Source: Dehalococcoidia bacterium
GTDB taxonomy: Bacteria > Chloroflexota > Dehalococcoidia > Bin125
Assembly: GCA_963662615.2 (NCBI GenBank)
Contig: CAXXSR010000001.1
Location: 1,312,001 to 1,376,000 of the forward strand
Direction: 5' to 3'
DNA: 64,000 bases
In this document: one piece after another, positions 9,252 through 18,097 of the stretch
Layout: the number at the start of each line of letters is the position of its first letter
How positions within the stretch are numbered: the stretch's first letter is position 1
Notes under the pieces: generated by a model
Told to the model about the DNA's origin: nothing
What the model saw: only the letters and a program-made list of their open reading frames with translations
Databases searched by the model: none
Translations under genes and position numbers: made by a program

Positions 9252-9782
9252 GTGGTTCAGATCCTGGATCCCACTGACGAACGCGAGCCGGTGCAGCGCC
9301 AGTTGGCCGGCCGGCCGGAGGCCCTCGTGGGCACCATTGGCCTCCTGGACATCTCCAAGCCTCGCGGCGACGTGCTCATCGATCGCATCGAAGAGCGCCT
9401 GCGCGAGGAGGCGCCCGCCGTCGCCATCAAGCGCTACGCCAAGCCCACCTACACGAAGCCCGCGCCGGACAACCTCCGTCAACAGATAAAGAAGGAGTGT
9501 GACTTCGTTATCGAAGCCCTGGCCGATTGAGGATCTTGCACCACGTGCAGTGTGCACGACACGACCTGGTTTGAGATTCACGGCCTCCCGGCGCTCTTCC
9601 TCGCCTCCACCGAGTTCAGCGACGGCGCCGCCAAGCAGGCGGCCATGCTCGGGCTGCCGCAGGCGCGGGGCGTCTTCGTCCAGCACCCGGTCCAGGGCCA
9701 AACGGATGACGAGATGCGCGCCAAAGCTGACGCCGTCTTCGATCGCGTTCTGGAGGAGCTGACCCGCCCGGGTGACGCCTAA
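9252..9782 (+). CDS. UGSC family selenoprotein, 176 aa, with Sec at TGA 9528-9530
   Basis: ORFs 9252..9530 and 9552..9782 share a frame; reading through GAT-TGA-GGA-TCT-TGC-ACC-ACG-TGC gives ALAD-U-GSCTTCSVHD. Confidence 0.85.
9537..9556 (+). promoter_or_regulatory. Candidate SECIS hairpin
   Basis: TGCAC(9537-41) pairs with GTGCA(9552-56); inner AC/GT pairs close a GTGCA loop that starts with G, 14 nt after the TGA. Confidence 0.45.
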
Positions 9783-9833
9783 CCGCCACAGCGTGATGGC
9801 CGCGCAAGCCCCAGGAGGCGACAACCTCCTCCC

Positions 9834-10457
9834 ATGACCGAGCCCCAACCGGCACAAGAGCGCGCCACTTTACGCGGCCACCTTGATCACCCTCCCCAGA
9901 TCGAGGTGGAGCTGGACGCGCGCACCCTGATCCTCACCAGCGCCTGGGGCCTCTTCTCCTCCAAAGGCATCGACGAGGGGACGGCGCTCCTCCTCAAAGA
10001 GCTGGCGGCTCTCGCTCCGCAGTCACGTGTCTTGGACCTCGGCTGTGGCTACGGCGCCATCGGCCTCGTCCTCGCGGCGCTCTGGCCCGATGCAGAGGTC
10101 GTCCTGCTCGACAAGGACCTCCTCGCCGTCGAAACCGCCCGTGGCAACATCGATCGGAACGGCCTCACGAACGCCCGCGCCGTCCTCAGCTCCGGCTTCC
10201 GTGACGCACCGCCCGGTCCCTATGACCTCATCGCCTCCAACCTCCCGGCGCAAGCCGGCAATGAGGCCACCGACGAACTCTTCTTGGACGCCTACGAGAA
10301 CCTCGGGCCGGGCGGCACCCTCGTCGTGGTGACGGTCGTGGGCATGAAGCGCTATGTTCGCCGCCGTTTGCTCGCACTGTTCGGCAACCACCACAAGGCG
10401 AAGCAGGGACCGCGCCACATCGTCGCCGAGGCGACGCGGTCCCTCGACGGGCCCTAG
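9834..10457 (+). CDS. Class I SAM-dependent methyltransferase (RsmC/MTS-like)
   Basis: GLFS..GIDEGT, LDLGCGYG, IASNLP. Confidence 0.85.
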   Translation: MTEPQPAQERATLRGHLDHPPQIEVELDARTLILTSAWGLFSSKGIDEGTALLLKELAALAPQSRVLDLGCGYGAIGLVLAALWPDAEVVLLDKDLLAVETARGNIDRNGLTNARAVLSSGFRDAPPGPYDLIASNLPAQAGNEATDELFLDAYENLGPGGTLVVVTVVGMKRYVRRRLLALFGNHHKAKQGPRHIVAEATRSLDGP

Positions 10458-10474
10458 CGCCCCCCCCCCGCGCG

Positions 10475-11206
10475 CTAACTCCCGGCCCCACGGACGCTCG
10501 GCGCCCCCACCGACGGGAAATCCGGCGCCCCGAGGCAGCGCACGGTATGCAGCCGCGCCACCTCCGGGTCCAATGCTGCCACAGCGAGCAAGCGGCCGAG
10601 GTCCTCCGGCGTGTCGATGTCCAGCGCCCAGCGTTCGGCGATGTCGCCCGGGCTCAACGGCGTCTCGACCGCGACCCCCGCCGCTCGTGCCGCCCTCGTG
10701 TGCCGCGCCGCCGATCCCCTTCCGAACGCGGGCGCAATGACCCCGGCCGGTCGCAGGAACAGCCCGTTGGTCCCGCCGTTGTGCGCCGGGGCGATGAGGA
10801 CCGCCGCCCCCTCGCCCGAGCCCGCCGCCGCAACAGGCGCCAGAAACGCATCCACGTCATCCGGCCTGATCAGCGGTAGGTCGGCCGGCACGACGAGGAG
10901 CGCGACGCCGTCCCCACGCTCTTTCTGGGCATGACGGATCGCAGAGTTGAGCCCGCGAACGCCGGCGGGCTGGGGCAGGAAGCCCGCATCTAGCCGTTCC
11001 GCTTCGCGCGCGGCCGCGGCGTCTCGGCTCAGGATCGTCACGCGTTGCACCGACGCCGCATTCCCCACAGCCGTCACGACGTCCTCCAGCATCGCTCGGA
11101 CCAAGCGGTTGCGCTGCTGCACCGTGAGCAGCGCCGTCAGCCGCGTCTTGCCGGCGGGCAGGCCGCGGACGGGGATCACCGCTTCGATTTGCGGGGCGTT
11201 AGCCAC
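10475..11206 (-). CDS. cofC: 2-phospho-L-lactate/PEP guanylyltransferase (F420 biosynthesis)
   Basis: IPVR..GKTRL, AMLEDV, PADLP, GGTNG, DIDTPED. Confidence 0.9.
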   Translation of the reverse strand: MANAPQIEAVIPVRGLPAGKTRLTALLTVQQRNRLVRAMLEDVVTAVGNAASVQRVTILSRDAAAAREAERLDAGFLPQPAGVRGLNSAIRHAQKERGDGVALLVVPADLPLIRPDDVDAFLAPVAAAGSGEGAAVLIAPAHNGGTNGLFLRPAGVIAPAFGRGSAARHTRAARAAGVAVETPLSPGDIAERWALDIDTPEDLGRLLAVAALDPEVARLHTVRCLGAPDFPSVGAPSVRGAGS

Positions 11207-11239
11207 GGCGCTCGGATGTCCCCGTCGAACGGCGCCCGC

Positions 11240-12187
11240 TCATGCCTGCAGCGCCTCGAGCGTTGCCGCTGCCAGAGCGCACTTCTCGGCGGCGCCTCTC
11301 ATGATCGTTTGCGTCACGACGCAGCGAACCCCCGTTTCGACGGTGATCGTCGCGGCTTCGTCGGCATCCACTTCATCCAGAATGAACACGTCGATGAGAT
11401 CCTGATAAAGACGCGCCACACCCAACGCCGACACCTGGTGGCCTAGGCTCTCCAGGATGGCGGCGGCCGGCCCTTTAATCGCCCGGCCCCCAACAATGGG
11501 CGTGACCGCCGCCGCCGGAGCGCTGCTGGTCAAGAGGCAGTCGCGCAACCCCGGGACGGCCAGAATGGGGCCAATAGAGAGAAACGGATTACTGGGCGCG
11601 ACGATGATCGCGCGCGCCTCCATGATCGCATCGTGTACGCCCGGAGCCGCCTCTGCGGCGCCGGCGCCGGTGAAGTGCAGGCCCGTGACCCGATCTTGCT
11701 GGCCCCGCTTTACAAAGTATTCCTGAAACGGCAGCTCTCCCGCCTCCGTCTCCACGATCGTCCGCAGGCGCTGATCGGTCACCGGCACGATCGTGCTGCG
11801 CACGCCCCGCGCCTGCGCGATCTCCGCCGTCACGGCGCTCAACGGCGCCCCCTCCGCCAGCCGCTGCGAGCGGTACAGGTGCGTGCCCAGGTCGCGGTCG
11901 CCCAGCTGGAACCAGTCCGGGCCGCCCAGCGCCCTGAGCGCCTCCAATGCCACGAACGAGTCGCTGCGAATCCCCCAGCCGCTCTCCGGGTTGACCTCGC
12001 CCGCCAGGGTGTACGTGACAGTGTCGATGTCGGGGGAGATGTACAGCCCTGCGAGTTCGAAGTCGTCCCCCACATTGACGATGGCGAAGACGTCCTCCGC
12101 CGCCACAATCTGCACCAGGCCTTCCAGGAATCGGGCCGCCCCCACGCCGCCCGACAGCACCACCACCGGTCCGCTCTTGGGCGACAT
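11240..12187 (-). CDS. cofD: 2-phospho-L-lactate transferase (F420 biosynthesis)
   Basis: LSGGVGAARF, NVGDD, SPDIDT, WFQLGDRD, FQEYFV, PSNPFLSI, KGPA. Confidence 0.95.
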   Translation of the reverse strand: MSPKSGPVVVLSGGVGAARFLEGLVQIVAAEDVFAIVNVGDDFELAGLYISPDIDTVTYTLAGEVNPESGWGIRSDSFVALEALRALGGPDWFQLGDRDLGTHLYRSQRLAEGAPLSAVTAEIAQARGVRSTIVPVTDQRLRTIVETEAGELPFQEYFVKRGQQDRVTGLHFTGAGAAEAAPGVHDAIMEARAIIVAPSNPFLSIGPILAVPGLRDCLLTSSAPAAAVTPIVGGRAIKGPAAAILESLGHQVSALGVARLYQDLIDVFILDEVDADEAATITVETGVRCVVTQTIMRGAAEKCALAAATLEALQA

Positions 12188-12242
12188 GGCGCGAGCGTAG
12201 CACGCTGCCCTCGCCACCCCGCAGACCGCGTTGCAGCGACCC

Positions 12243-12590
12243 TCACTCCACAGCGACGTTGACGTGGAACGTCCCCGCTTCTTCTTCGCCGACCTCCACA
12301 ACGACGGGCGCCACCTCCGTATCCGGATCGGCGAAGAGCGCACGCAAACGGAGAGAGCCCCGCGGCTCAAATTCCAGCACTTCTCCCAGCGCGCCCGACC
12401 AGCTCCCGCCGGGCCCATCGACAGTCAGCTCGCCCTCTCGCACGTTGTGCTCCTCATCGATGATGAGATGGATCGTCCCCTCCCACTCCTCGCTCGCGTC
12501 GATCGCCCGCACCGTGAGATGCCGGCTGCCGTCCAGCTGCATCTCGTCCGCCACGGCCTCCCCGCGCAGCGGAGGAACGTTGAGCGCCAT
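12243..12590 (-). CDS. Acidic hypothetical protein
   Basis: 115 aa with protein-like composition; TACGAT -10 lies 6 nt before the ATG. Confidence 0.6.
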   Translation of the reverse strand: MALNVPPLRGEAVADEMQLDGSRHLTVRAIDASEEWEGTIHLIIDEEHNVREGELTVDGPGGSWSGALGEVLEFEPRGSLRLRALFADPDTEVAPVVVEVGEEEAGTFHVNVAVE

Positions 12591-12662
12591 ACACGGATCG
12601 TAGCGCTGCGACGGAAAGCAAGCGCAGCGTCTACCCTGCAGGGCGTCGAAAGGAGCGGAAGC

Positions 12663-13334
12663 GTGACGTACGCGCAGCCGTCACTCGCCTGTCCGAGTTG
12701 CTCGGGGCCTGTGGGGACCGGCCGCTTCTGCCTCAGCTGCGGCCTCCTCAACCGCTACCCGGACTCGGGCGCCTACGCCGCCAGCCGCCTCCGCCGCTTG
12801 AGCGGCGCCGTCCTGGAGGCTCTCTTGCTGATGGTGACGCTCGGTATCGGCTGGCTGATCTGGCTGGCCATCGTCGCCCCTCGCTCACAGACGCCGGCCA
12901 AGCAACTCCTCGATATGTACATCCTCAGGGAGGACGGCACGCCGGCGACGGCCAGTCGCGTCTGGGCTCGCGAGTTGCTGGTCAAGGTTGTCATCTTCAG
13001 CGCGCTCGGTGTGATCACGGGCGGAATCACCAGCATTCTTGACCCGCTCTGGATCCTCTGGGACAAGGACCGCCAGACCCTCCACGACAAGATGGCGGAC
13101 ACGATCGTGGTGCGTCCTCGCCTGGGCCTCCACACGCTTCGCGAAGGCGCTCTCTCGGCCCCGGAGCCGTCTCCGCCTCCCTACGCGCCTCCGCCCCCGC
13201 CCGGCGCCGGCCCCTACGCTGCTTACCCTTCGATCGAAGAACGCCTGCGCGACCTCCGCGAGCTGGCCGACCGCGGCCTTATCACCCCCGACGAGTACGA
13301 CGAACGCCGCCGCCAGATCCTGGACGAGCTCTAG
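12663..13334 (+). CDS. Zn-ribbon + RDD + SHOCT membrane protein, paralog 1
   Basis: CPSC..FCLSCG, RR..G, QTPAKQLL, RQTLHDK..T.VV, L.DRGLIT.DEY; AGGAG RBS. Confidence 0.85.
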   Translation: MTYAQPSLACPSCSGPVGTGRFCLSCGLLNRYPDSGAYAASRLRRLSGAVLEALLLMVTLGIGWLIWLAIVAPRSQTPAKQLLDMYILREDGTPATASRVWARELLVKVVIFSALGVITGGITSILDPLWILWDKDRQTLHDKMADTIVVRPRLGLHTLREGALSAPEPSPPPYAPPPPPGAGPYAAYPSIEERLRDLRELADRGLITPDEYDERRRQILDEL

Positions 13335-13392
13335 CTCCAAGCCGGCGAACGGCCGCAGCCTGTACCCTGCCGAAGTCGAAAGGGACAGAGGA

Positions 13393-14052
13393 GTGACGCA
13401 CGCTTGGCCCGCGATGGCGTGCCCGCGATGCCATGCACCGCGCGGCGACGGTCGCTTCTGCGCGACCTGCGGCATCCTCAACCGCTACCCCGACTCCGAC
13501 GCCTACGCCGCCAGCCGCCTGCGGCGCTTGAGCGGGGCGCTCCTTGAAGAGGTCCTGTTCTTCGTGACCCTGATCGTCGGTTGGTTGATCTGGCTGTATT
13601 TCACCGCCAAGAAGTCGCAGTCGCCCGCGAAACAGCTGCTCGGGATGTACATCCTGAGGAAGGACGGCACGCCGGCGACGGCCCGTCGCGTCTGGGCTCG
13701 CGAGTTGCTCGTCAAGATCCTCATCTTCGACACGCTTGGTGCGATCACGAGTGGGATCACCAGCATTGTTGACGCGATCTGGATCCTCTGGGACAAGGAC
13801 CGCCAGACGTTGCACGACAAGCTGGCGGACACGATCGTGGTCTACCATCCCCAGCCGGGGATGGAGGCGCTTCGTCAGGCGGCGGATCCGGGGCAGCAAC
13901 CGCTGTCCGCCCGAGCCGGCGGAACCGGCGCCTACGCCAGTGGCGCCACGGTTCAAGAGCGCTTGCGCGACCTGCGCGAGCTGGCCGACCGCGGCCTCAT
14001 CACCACCGACGAGTACGAGGAGCGCCGCCGCCAGATCCTGCACGAGCTATAA
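13393..14052 (+). CDS. Zn-ribbon + RDD + SHOCT membrane protein, paralog 2
   Basis: Same architecture as paralog 1, with long near-identical DNA blocks. Confidence 0.85.
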   Translation: MTHAWPAMACPRCHAPRGDGRFCATCGILNRYPDSDAYAASRLRRLSGALLEEVLFFVTLIVGWLIWLYFTAKKSQSPAKQLLGMYILRKDGTPATARRVWARELLVKILIFDTLGAITSGITSIVDAIWILWDKDRQTLHDKLADTIVVYHPQPGMEALRQAADPGQQPLSARAGGTGAYASGATVQERLRDLRELADRGLITTDEYEERRRQILHEL

Positions 14053-14082
14053 CTGGCAAGCTGGGCAAGCGCCAGAGACGCC

Positions 14083-14109
14083 GAGCCCCGGGATACGGTC
14101 CCGGGGCTC
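14083..14109. terminator. GC-rich hairpin between convergent genes
   Basis: GAGCCCCGGGA-TACGG-TCCCGGGGCTC; no clear U-tract. Confidence 0.6.
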
Positions 14110-14163
14110 AAACGTCGCAGCGTGAGGGATGAGGGTCGGCGGCTCTACCTCACGCGTTTCGCG

Positions 14164-14499
14164 CTACGTTGGTGGATGGCGCTCGTGCCGCAATCGCATC
14201 GGCATGCGCCCGTCCTCTCTGATCACCACAATGTTGCCAACGCCCTCCCGCTTCGCAACGAACATCGCCTGCGACAGCGCCGTGCCGATGGTCGCGTAGG
14301 CCGTGTACGTCGGCCCCTCCACTACCTGCCAGCATGTTCCCGCCTGGCGCACCTCCACCTCCCCAATTCGCCTCGCTCCGGGCCGCACCCCCTGCCGCCG
14401 CTCCTCATGCAACAGCGGCGGCCGGTAGTTCAGCGTGACCCAACCGTTGGCGGACGGCGCGCCCACCTCCACATTCGGAACCGTTTCCGTACCTGGCAT
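14164..14499 (-). CDS. Hypothetical protein translationally coupled to nrdJ
   Basis: Its ATG overlaps the nrdJ stop (TGATG); 111 aa. Confidence 0.5.
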   Translation of the reverse strand: MPGTETVPNVEVGAPSANGWVTLNYRPPLLHEERRQGVRPGARRIGEVEVRQAGTCWQVVEGPTYTAYATIGTALSQAMFVAKREGVGNIVVIREDGRMPMRLRHERHPPT

Positions 14500-17426
14500 C
14501 AGCTGCACCCGCTCGTCGCGCCACAATTGAAGCAGCGGTAACAGCTCCCGTTCCGCACCATCATGTGCCCGCATTCGTGGCAGAGCGGCGCGTCCAGCTG
14601 ATTCTGAAACGCCCCCGGGCTGCCCTTCCCGTTCGGCTCCGGCACGTCCTGAGCGCCTCGAATCACCGGGGACTTGCTCAAGTGCGCCGGAATCGGGACG
14701 CCCTCCGCCGCGCTCGCATCAGTCGGGGGGCCGGCGGGGCGCTCCTCCTGCAACGGCAGGGGCGCCTGCGCCGCCGCCACGTCGGCCTGCTCCGGCTTCA
14801 GGTACTGCAGCCCCATCCAGCGGAACACGTAGTCCAGAATGGAGCTCGCGTAACCGATCTCCGGGTTGCGCGTCCAGCCGCTCGGCTCGAAGCGACTGTG
14901 GCTGAACTTGCGCACCAGCGTCTCCAGCGGCACCCCCGACTGCAGCGCCACGCTCGTCAACGCTCCCACCGCGTCGACCAGCCCCGAGACGGTCGAGCCT
15001 TCCTTCGAGATGTGAATGAACATCTCCCCCGGCTGGCCGTTGGCGAACTGGCCCACGGTCAGGTAGCCCTCGTGGTCACCGATGCTGAACTTGTGCGTGA
15101 CGGCGTCGCGCTTGTCCGGCATTCGGTGACGGCGATACGCCGGCGGGGTCAGCGCGTTGTCGATGATCGTCGGCGTATCCGCGGAAGCGGTAGCCCGAGT
15201 GGTCGCGTTAGCGGTACTGGTCGCTGCGCCGACGTTGACGTCGATCTTCTTACCGTCGACCCGCTGCCTCGTCTCGAGCGGCTGAATTCGCTTGGAGTTG
15301 TCGCGATAGATCGCGATCGCCTTGACCCCCAGCTGCCAGGCCTGCACGTATGCGTCCATGATCTCGTCGACCGTGGCCTCTTCCGGCACGTTCACGGTCT
15401 TGGAGATGGCACCCGAGATGAACGGCTGCACGGCCCCCATCATGCGCACATGTCCCATGGGTTCAATGCTGCGCCCTTCCCCTTGGGATGGGCCGGCGCT
15501 CTTGAAGGCGCAGTCGAACACTGCCAGGTGCTCGTCCCACAGTCCGGGCGCGCCCTCAATGGTGCCGTTCTCATCGACGTAGGCGACGATCCGATCGACG
15601 GCGTCACTCTCGTAGCCCAGGCGCGCCAGCGCCGCCGGGACCGTCCCATTGACCATCTTCATGTAGCCGCCGCCGGAGAGGTTCTTGTACTTCACCAGGG
15701 CGATGTCGGGCTCCACCCCGGTCGTGTCGCAATCCATCATGAAGGCGATCGTGCCCGTAGGCGCCAGCACCGTGGCCTGCGCGTTGCGATAGCCGAACTG
15801 GCGGCCCAGCCGCAGCGCCTCGTCCCAGCTGTGATGCGCGGCGGCCTCCAACTCCGGCGGCAGCGTGGCCAGCCCCTCGATCGCGGCGACCGCGTCGCTA
15901 TGCTTGCCGATCACGCGCAGGAACGGCTCCCGGTTCGGCTGGAACTCCGCGAACGGCCCCACCCGTTCGGCGATCCGCGCTGACTGTCCGTACGCCTCTC
16001 CCGTCATCACGGCGGTAATGACCCCCGCCATCGCCCGGCCCTCCACCGAGTCGTAGGGGAGGCCGCGCGCCATCAAGAGCGCGCCCAAGTTCGTGTAGCC
16101 CAGCCCCAGGGGCCGGAACTTCTCGCTGTTCTCCGCGATCAGCGCCGACGGGTAGGAGGCGTTGCTGACCAAGATCTCTTGCGCGGTGATCAGGACCCGA
16201 CAGGCGTGGCGGAACGCCGCCACGTCCAAGGTATGCGAGTCCAGGTCGTAGAACTTGAGCAGGTTCAACGACGCCAGATTGCAGGCCGTGTCATTCAGGA
16301 ACATGTACTCGGAGCAGGGGTTGCTCGCGTAGATCCGGTCCGTGGCGGCGCAGGGGTTCCAGTCGTTGATGGTGGTGTCGAACTGCATGCCCGGGTCGCC
16401 GCACTGATGCGTCGCCTCCGCAATGGCGCGCAGCACATCACGCGTGCGCAGTTCGTCCACGGGCTCACCCGTCGTCACCGCTTGCGTCCAGTAGGCGCCG
16501 TCCGCTTCCAGCGCGCGCATGAAGGCGTCGCTGACGCGGACGCTGTGGTTCGCGTTCTGGAAGAACACGGAAGAGTACGCCTCGCCGTTGAGGCCGCCGT
16601 CATAGCCCGCTTCAATCAGCGACCACGCCTTCCGCTCCTCCGCCGCCTTGCACCAAATAAACTCCATCACGTCGGGGTGATCGGCGTTGAGGATGATCAT
16701 CTTCGCCGCCCGACGGGTCTTGCCGCCCGACTTGATCACGTTGGCGAAGGCGTCGTAGCCCTGCATGAACGAGACCGGTCCGGACGGCGTCCCGCCGCCG
16801 GAGAGACGTTCGCTGCTGGAGCGCAGCGTGGACAGGTTGCTGCCCGTGCCGCTGCCCCACTTGAACAGCAGCGCCTCCCGCGTCGCCAGGTCCATGATTG
16901 ACTCCATGGTGTCTTCCACGGAGTTGATGAAGCACGCGGAGCACTGCGGCTTCGCTTCCACACCCACGTTGAACCAGACCGGACTGTTGAAGGCGGCGTA
17001 CTGATTGACCAGCAGAAAGCGCAGTTCCTGCTCGAAGGCCTGGGTCTCGGCCTCGCCCAGGAAATAGCCGCCTTCGCGCCCCCACCGGCCGATGCTGTCA
17101 ACGACACGGTCGATCAGCTGCCGCACCGACGTCTCTCGCTGCGGGCTGCCCACCGCCCCGTAAAAGTACTTCGACGCCACGATGTTGGTCGCGTTCTGCG
17201 ACCAGAACGCCGGCACTTCCACGTCCGCCTGCTCGAAGAGGACCTCGCCGCTGTCCGACGTGATTGACGCCCTGCGGCGCTCCCAAGTGATCTCGTCGTA
17301 GGGGTGGACCTCGGGCCGCGTGAAGCGACGCCGCAAGAACGGCGTCCCGCCCGCGTCCGCGCCACCCGCCCCCTCGGCGACCGACACCTCAACGCCCACA
17401 GCGGCAGCTTCTTCAGAGTGGCTCAC
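14499..17426 (-). CDS. nrdJ: Adenosylcobalamin-dependent (class II) ribonucleotide reductase
   Basis: FNSPVWFN, QCSACF, KTRRAAKM, SNPCSE, APTGTI, GAISKTVN, C-terminal Zn ribbon ending SGCS. Confidence 0.95.
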   Translation of the reverse strand: MSHSEEAAAVGVEVSVAEGAGGADAGGTPFLRRRFTRPEVHPYDEITWERRRASITSDSGEVLFEQADVEVPAFWSQNATNIVASKYFYGAVGSPQRETSVRQLIDRVVDSIGRWGREGGYFLGEAETQAFEQELRFLLVNQYAAFNSPVWFNVGVEAKPQCSACFINSVEDTMESIMDLATREALLFKWGSGTGSNLSTLRSSSERLSGGGTPSGPVSFMQGYDAFANVIKSGGKTRRAAKMIILNADHPDVMEFIWCKAAEERKAWSLIEAGYDGGLNGEAYSSVFFQNANHSVRVSDAFMRALEADGAYWTQAVTTGEPVDELRTRDVLRAIAEATHQCGDPGMQFDTTINDWNPCAATDRIYASNPCSEYMFLNDTACNLASLNLLKFYDLDSHTLDVAAFRHACRVLITAQEILVSNASYPSALIAENSEKFRPLGLGYTNLGALLMARGLPYDSVEGRAMAGVITAVMTGEAYGQSARIAERVGPFAEFQPNREPFLRVIGKHSDAVAAIEGLATLPPELEAAAHHSWDEALRLGRQFGYRNAQATVLAPTGTIAFMMDCDTTGVEPDIALVKYKNLSGGGYMKMVNGTVPAALARLGYESDAVDRIVAYVDENGTIEGAPGLWDEHLAVFDCAFKSAGPSQGEGRSIEPMGHVRMMGAVQPFISGAISKTVNVPEEATVDEIMDAYVQAWQLGVKAIAIYRDNSKRIQPLETRQRVDGKKIDVNVGAATSTANATTRATASADTPTIIDNALTPPAYRRHRMPDKRDAVTHKFSIGDHEGYLTVGQFANGQPGEMFIHISKEGSTVSGLVDAVGALTSVALQSGVPLETLVRKFSHSRFEPSGWTRNPEIGYASSILDYVFRWMGLQYLKPEQADVAAAQAPLPLQEERPAGPPTDASAAEGVPIPAHLSKSPVIRGAQDVPEPNGKGSPGAFQNQLDAPLCHECGHMMVRNGSCYRCFNCGATSGCS

Positions 17427-17524
17427 GACTCAACCTGGATCAACAACGGCGTGCGCCTCGCGCCACCGATTCTGGTACAGAAGTTCTTACGGTGCTAAAG
17501 CAATATCGCCTTAGCGGTTTGCTC

Positions 17525-17552
17525 AATATAGGCCACGTCAGGGGGCTGTCAA
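17525..17552 (-). promoter_or_regulatory. Sigma70-type promoter of nrdJ
   Basis: Minus-strand TTGACA (17552-47), 16-nt spacer, TATATT (17530-25). Confidence 0.7.
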
Positions 17553-17599
17553 CCCCTAGATGTGGTGATCAGGCCCAATTGAGCTTCAAGATCTGGGTT
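17553..17599. promoter_or_regulatory. Tandem NrdR boxes
   Basis: cccCtAgATgTgGtga (17553-68) and cttCaAgATcTgGgtt (17584-99) fit the acaCwAtATaTwGtgt core and are 31 bp apart. Confidence 0.75.
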
Positions 17600-18097
17600 C
17601 TCGTCAACTACGACGATCACCGTCGCCAACAACCCTCACATAGCAAATGCCAACGGCCGGCGCGAGCCCAGAGTTGCCCCCGGCTTGCCATATTCGCTGG
17701 TTCCGCTCGCTATGACGCCAGAGATCTGGCCTCTCCACTCCCATCCCCATACCGTCGATGCCTGTCCACACTCGCGACTCACACCTTGTCCCCACTTTCG
17801 CTCCAGGAAGGCAGCGATACACTCGCCGCGCGCCGCCCTCCCGACGCGGCGGCCGCCCCTCGTTAAGGGGCAGCTCGTTGGTCCCCTCACGCTGTCGCTG
17901 GCGAGACGCGATCGGGCGGGGCGGCCCACTCACGCCCGCGCCGGAGGAGCGCCCGGCCTCGGACCTGGAGCCGCTCTCAACGAGGATGCGCTGCCGCGCC
18001 TCGATTCACCCGAGCGCTGGCGTGGACGGCCTCCTGCCCTGATCTGCTTCGCCCCCGGCGCCTGTCGATGGCGCACTTGCCCCGGCGCCCCTGGCTC

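Noticed and set aside
14499-17426. Intein or intron in nrdJ
   Set aside because: Continuous motifs and normal length; no splice motifs seen.
17600-18097. Cobalamin riboswitch or hidden gene upstream of nrdJ
   Set aside because: No B12-box pattern recognised, and the ORFs here have non-protein-like composition.
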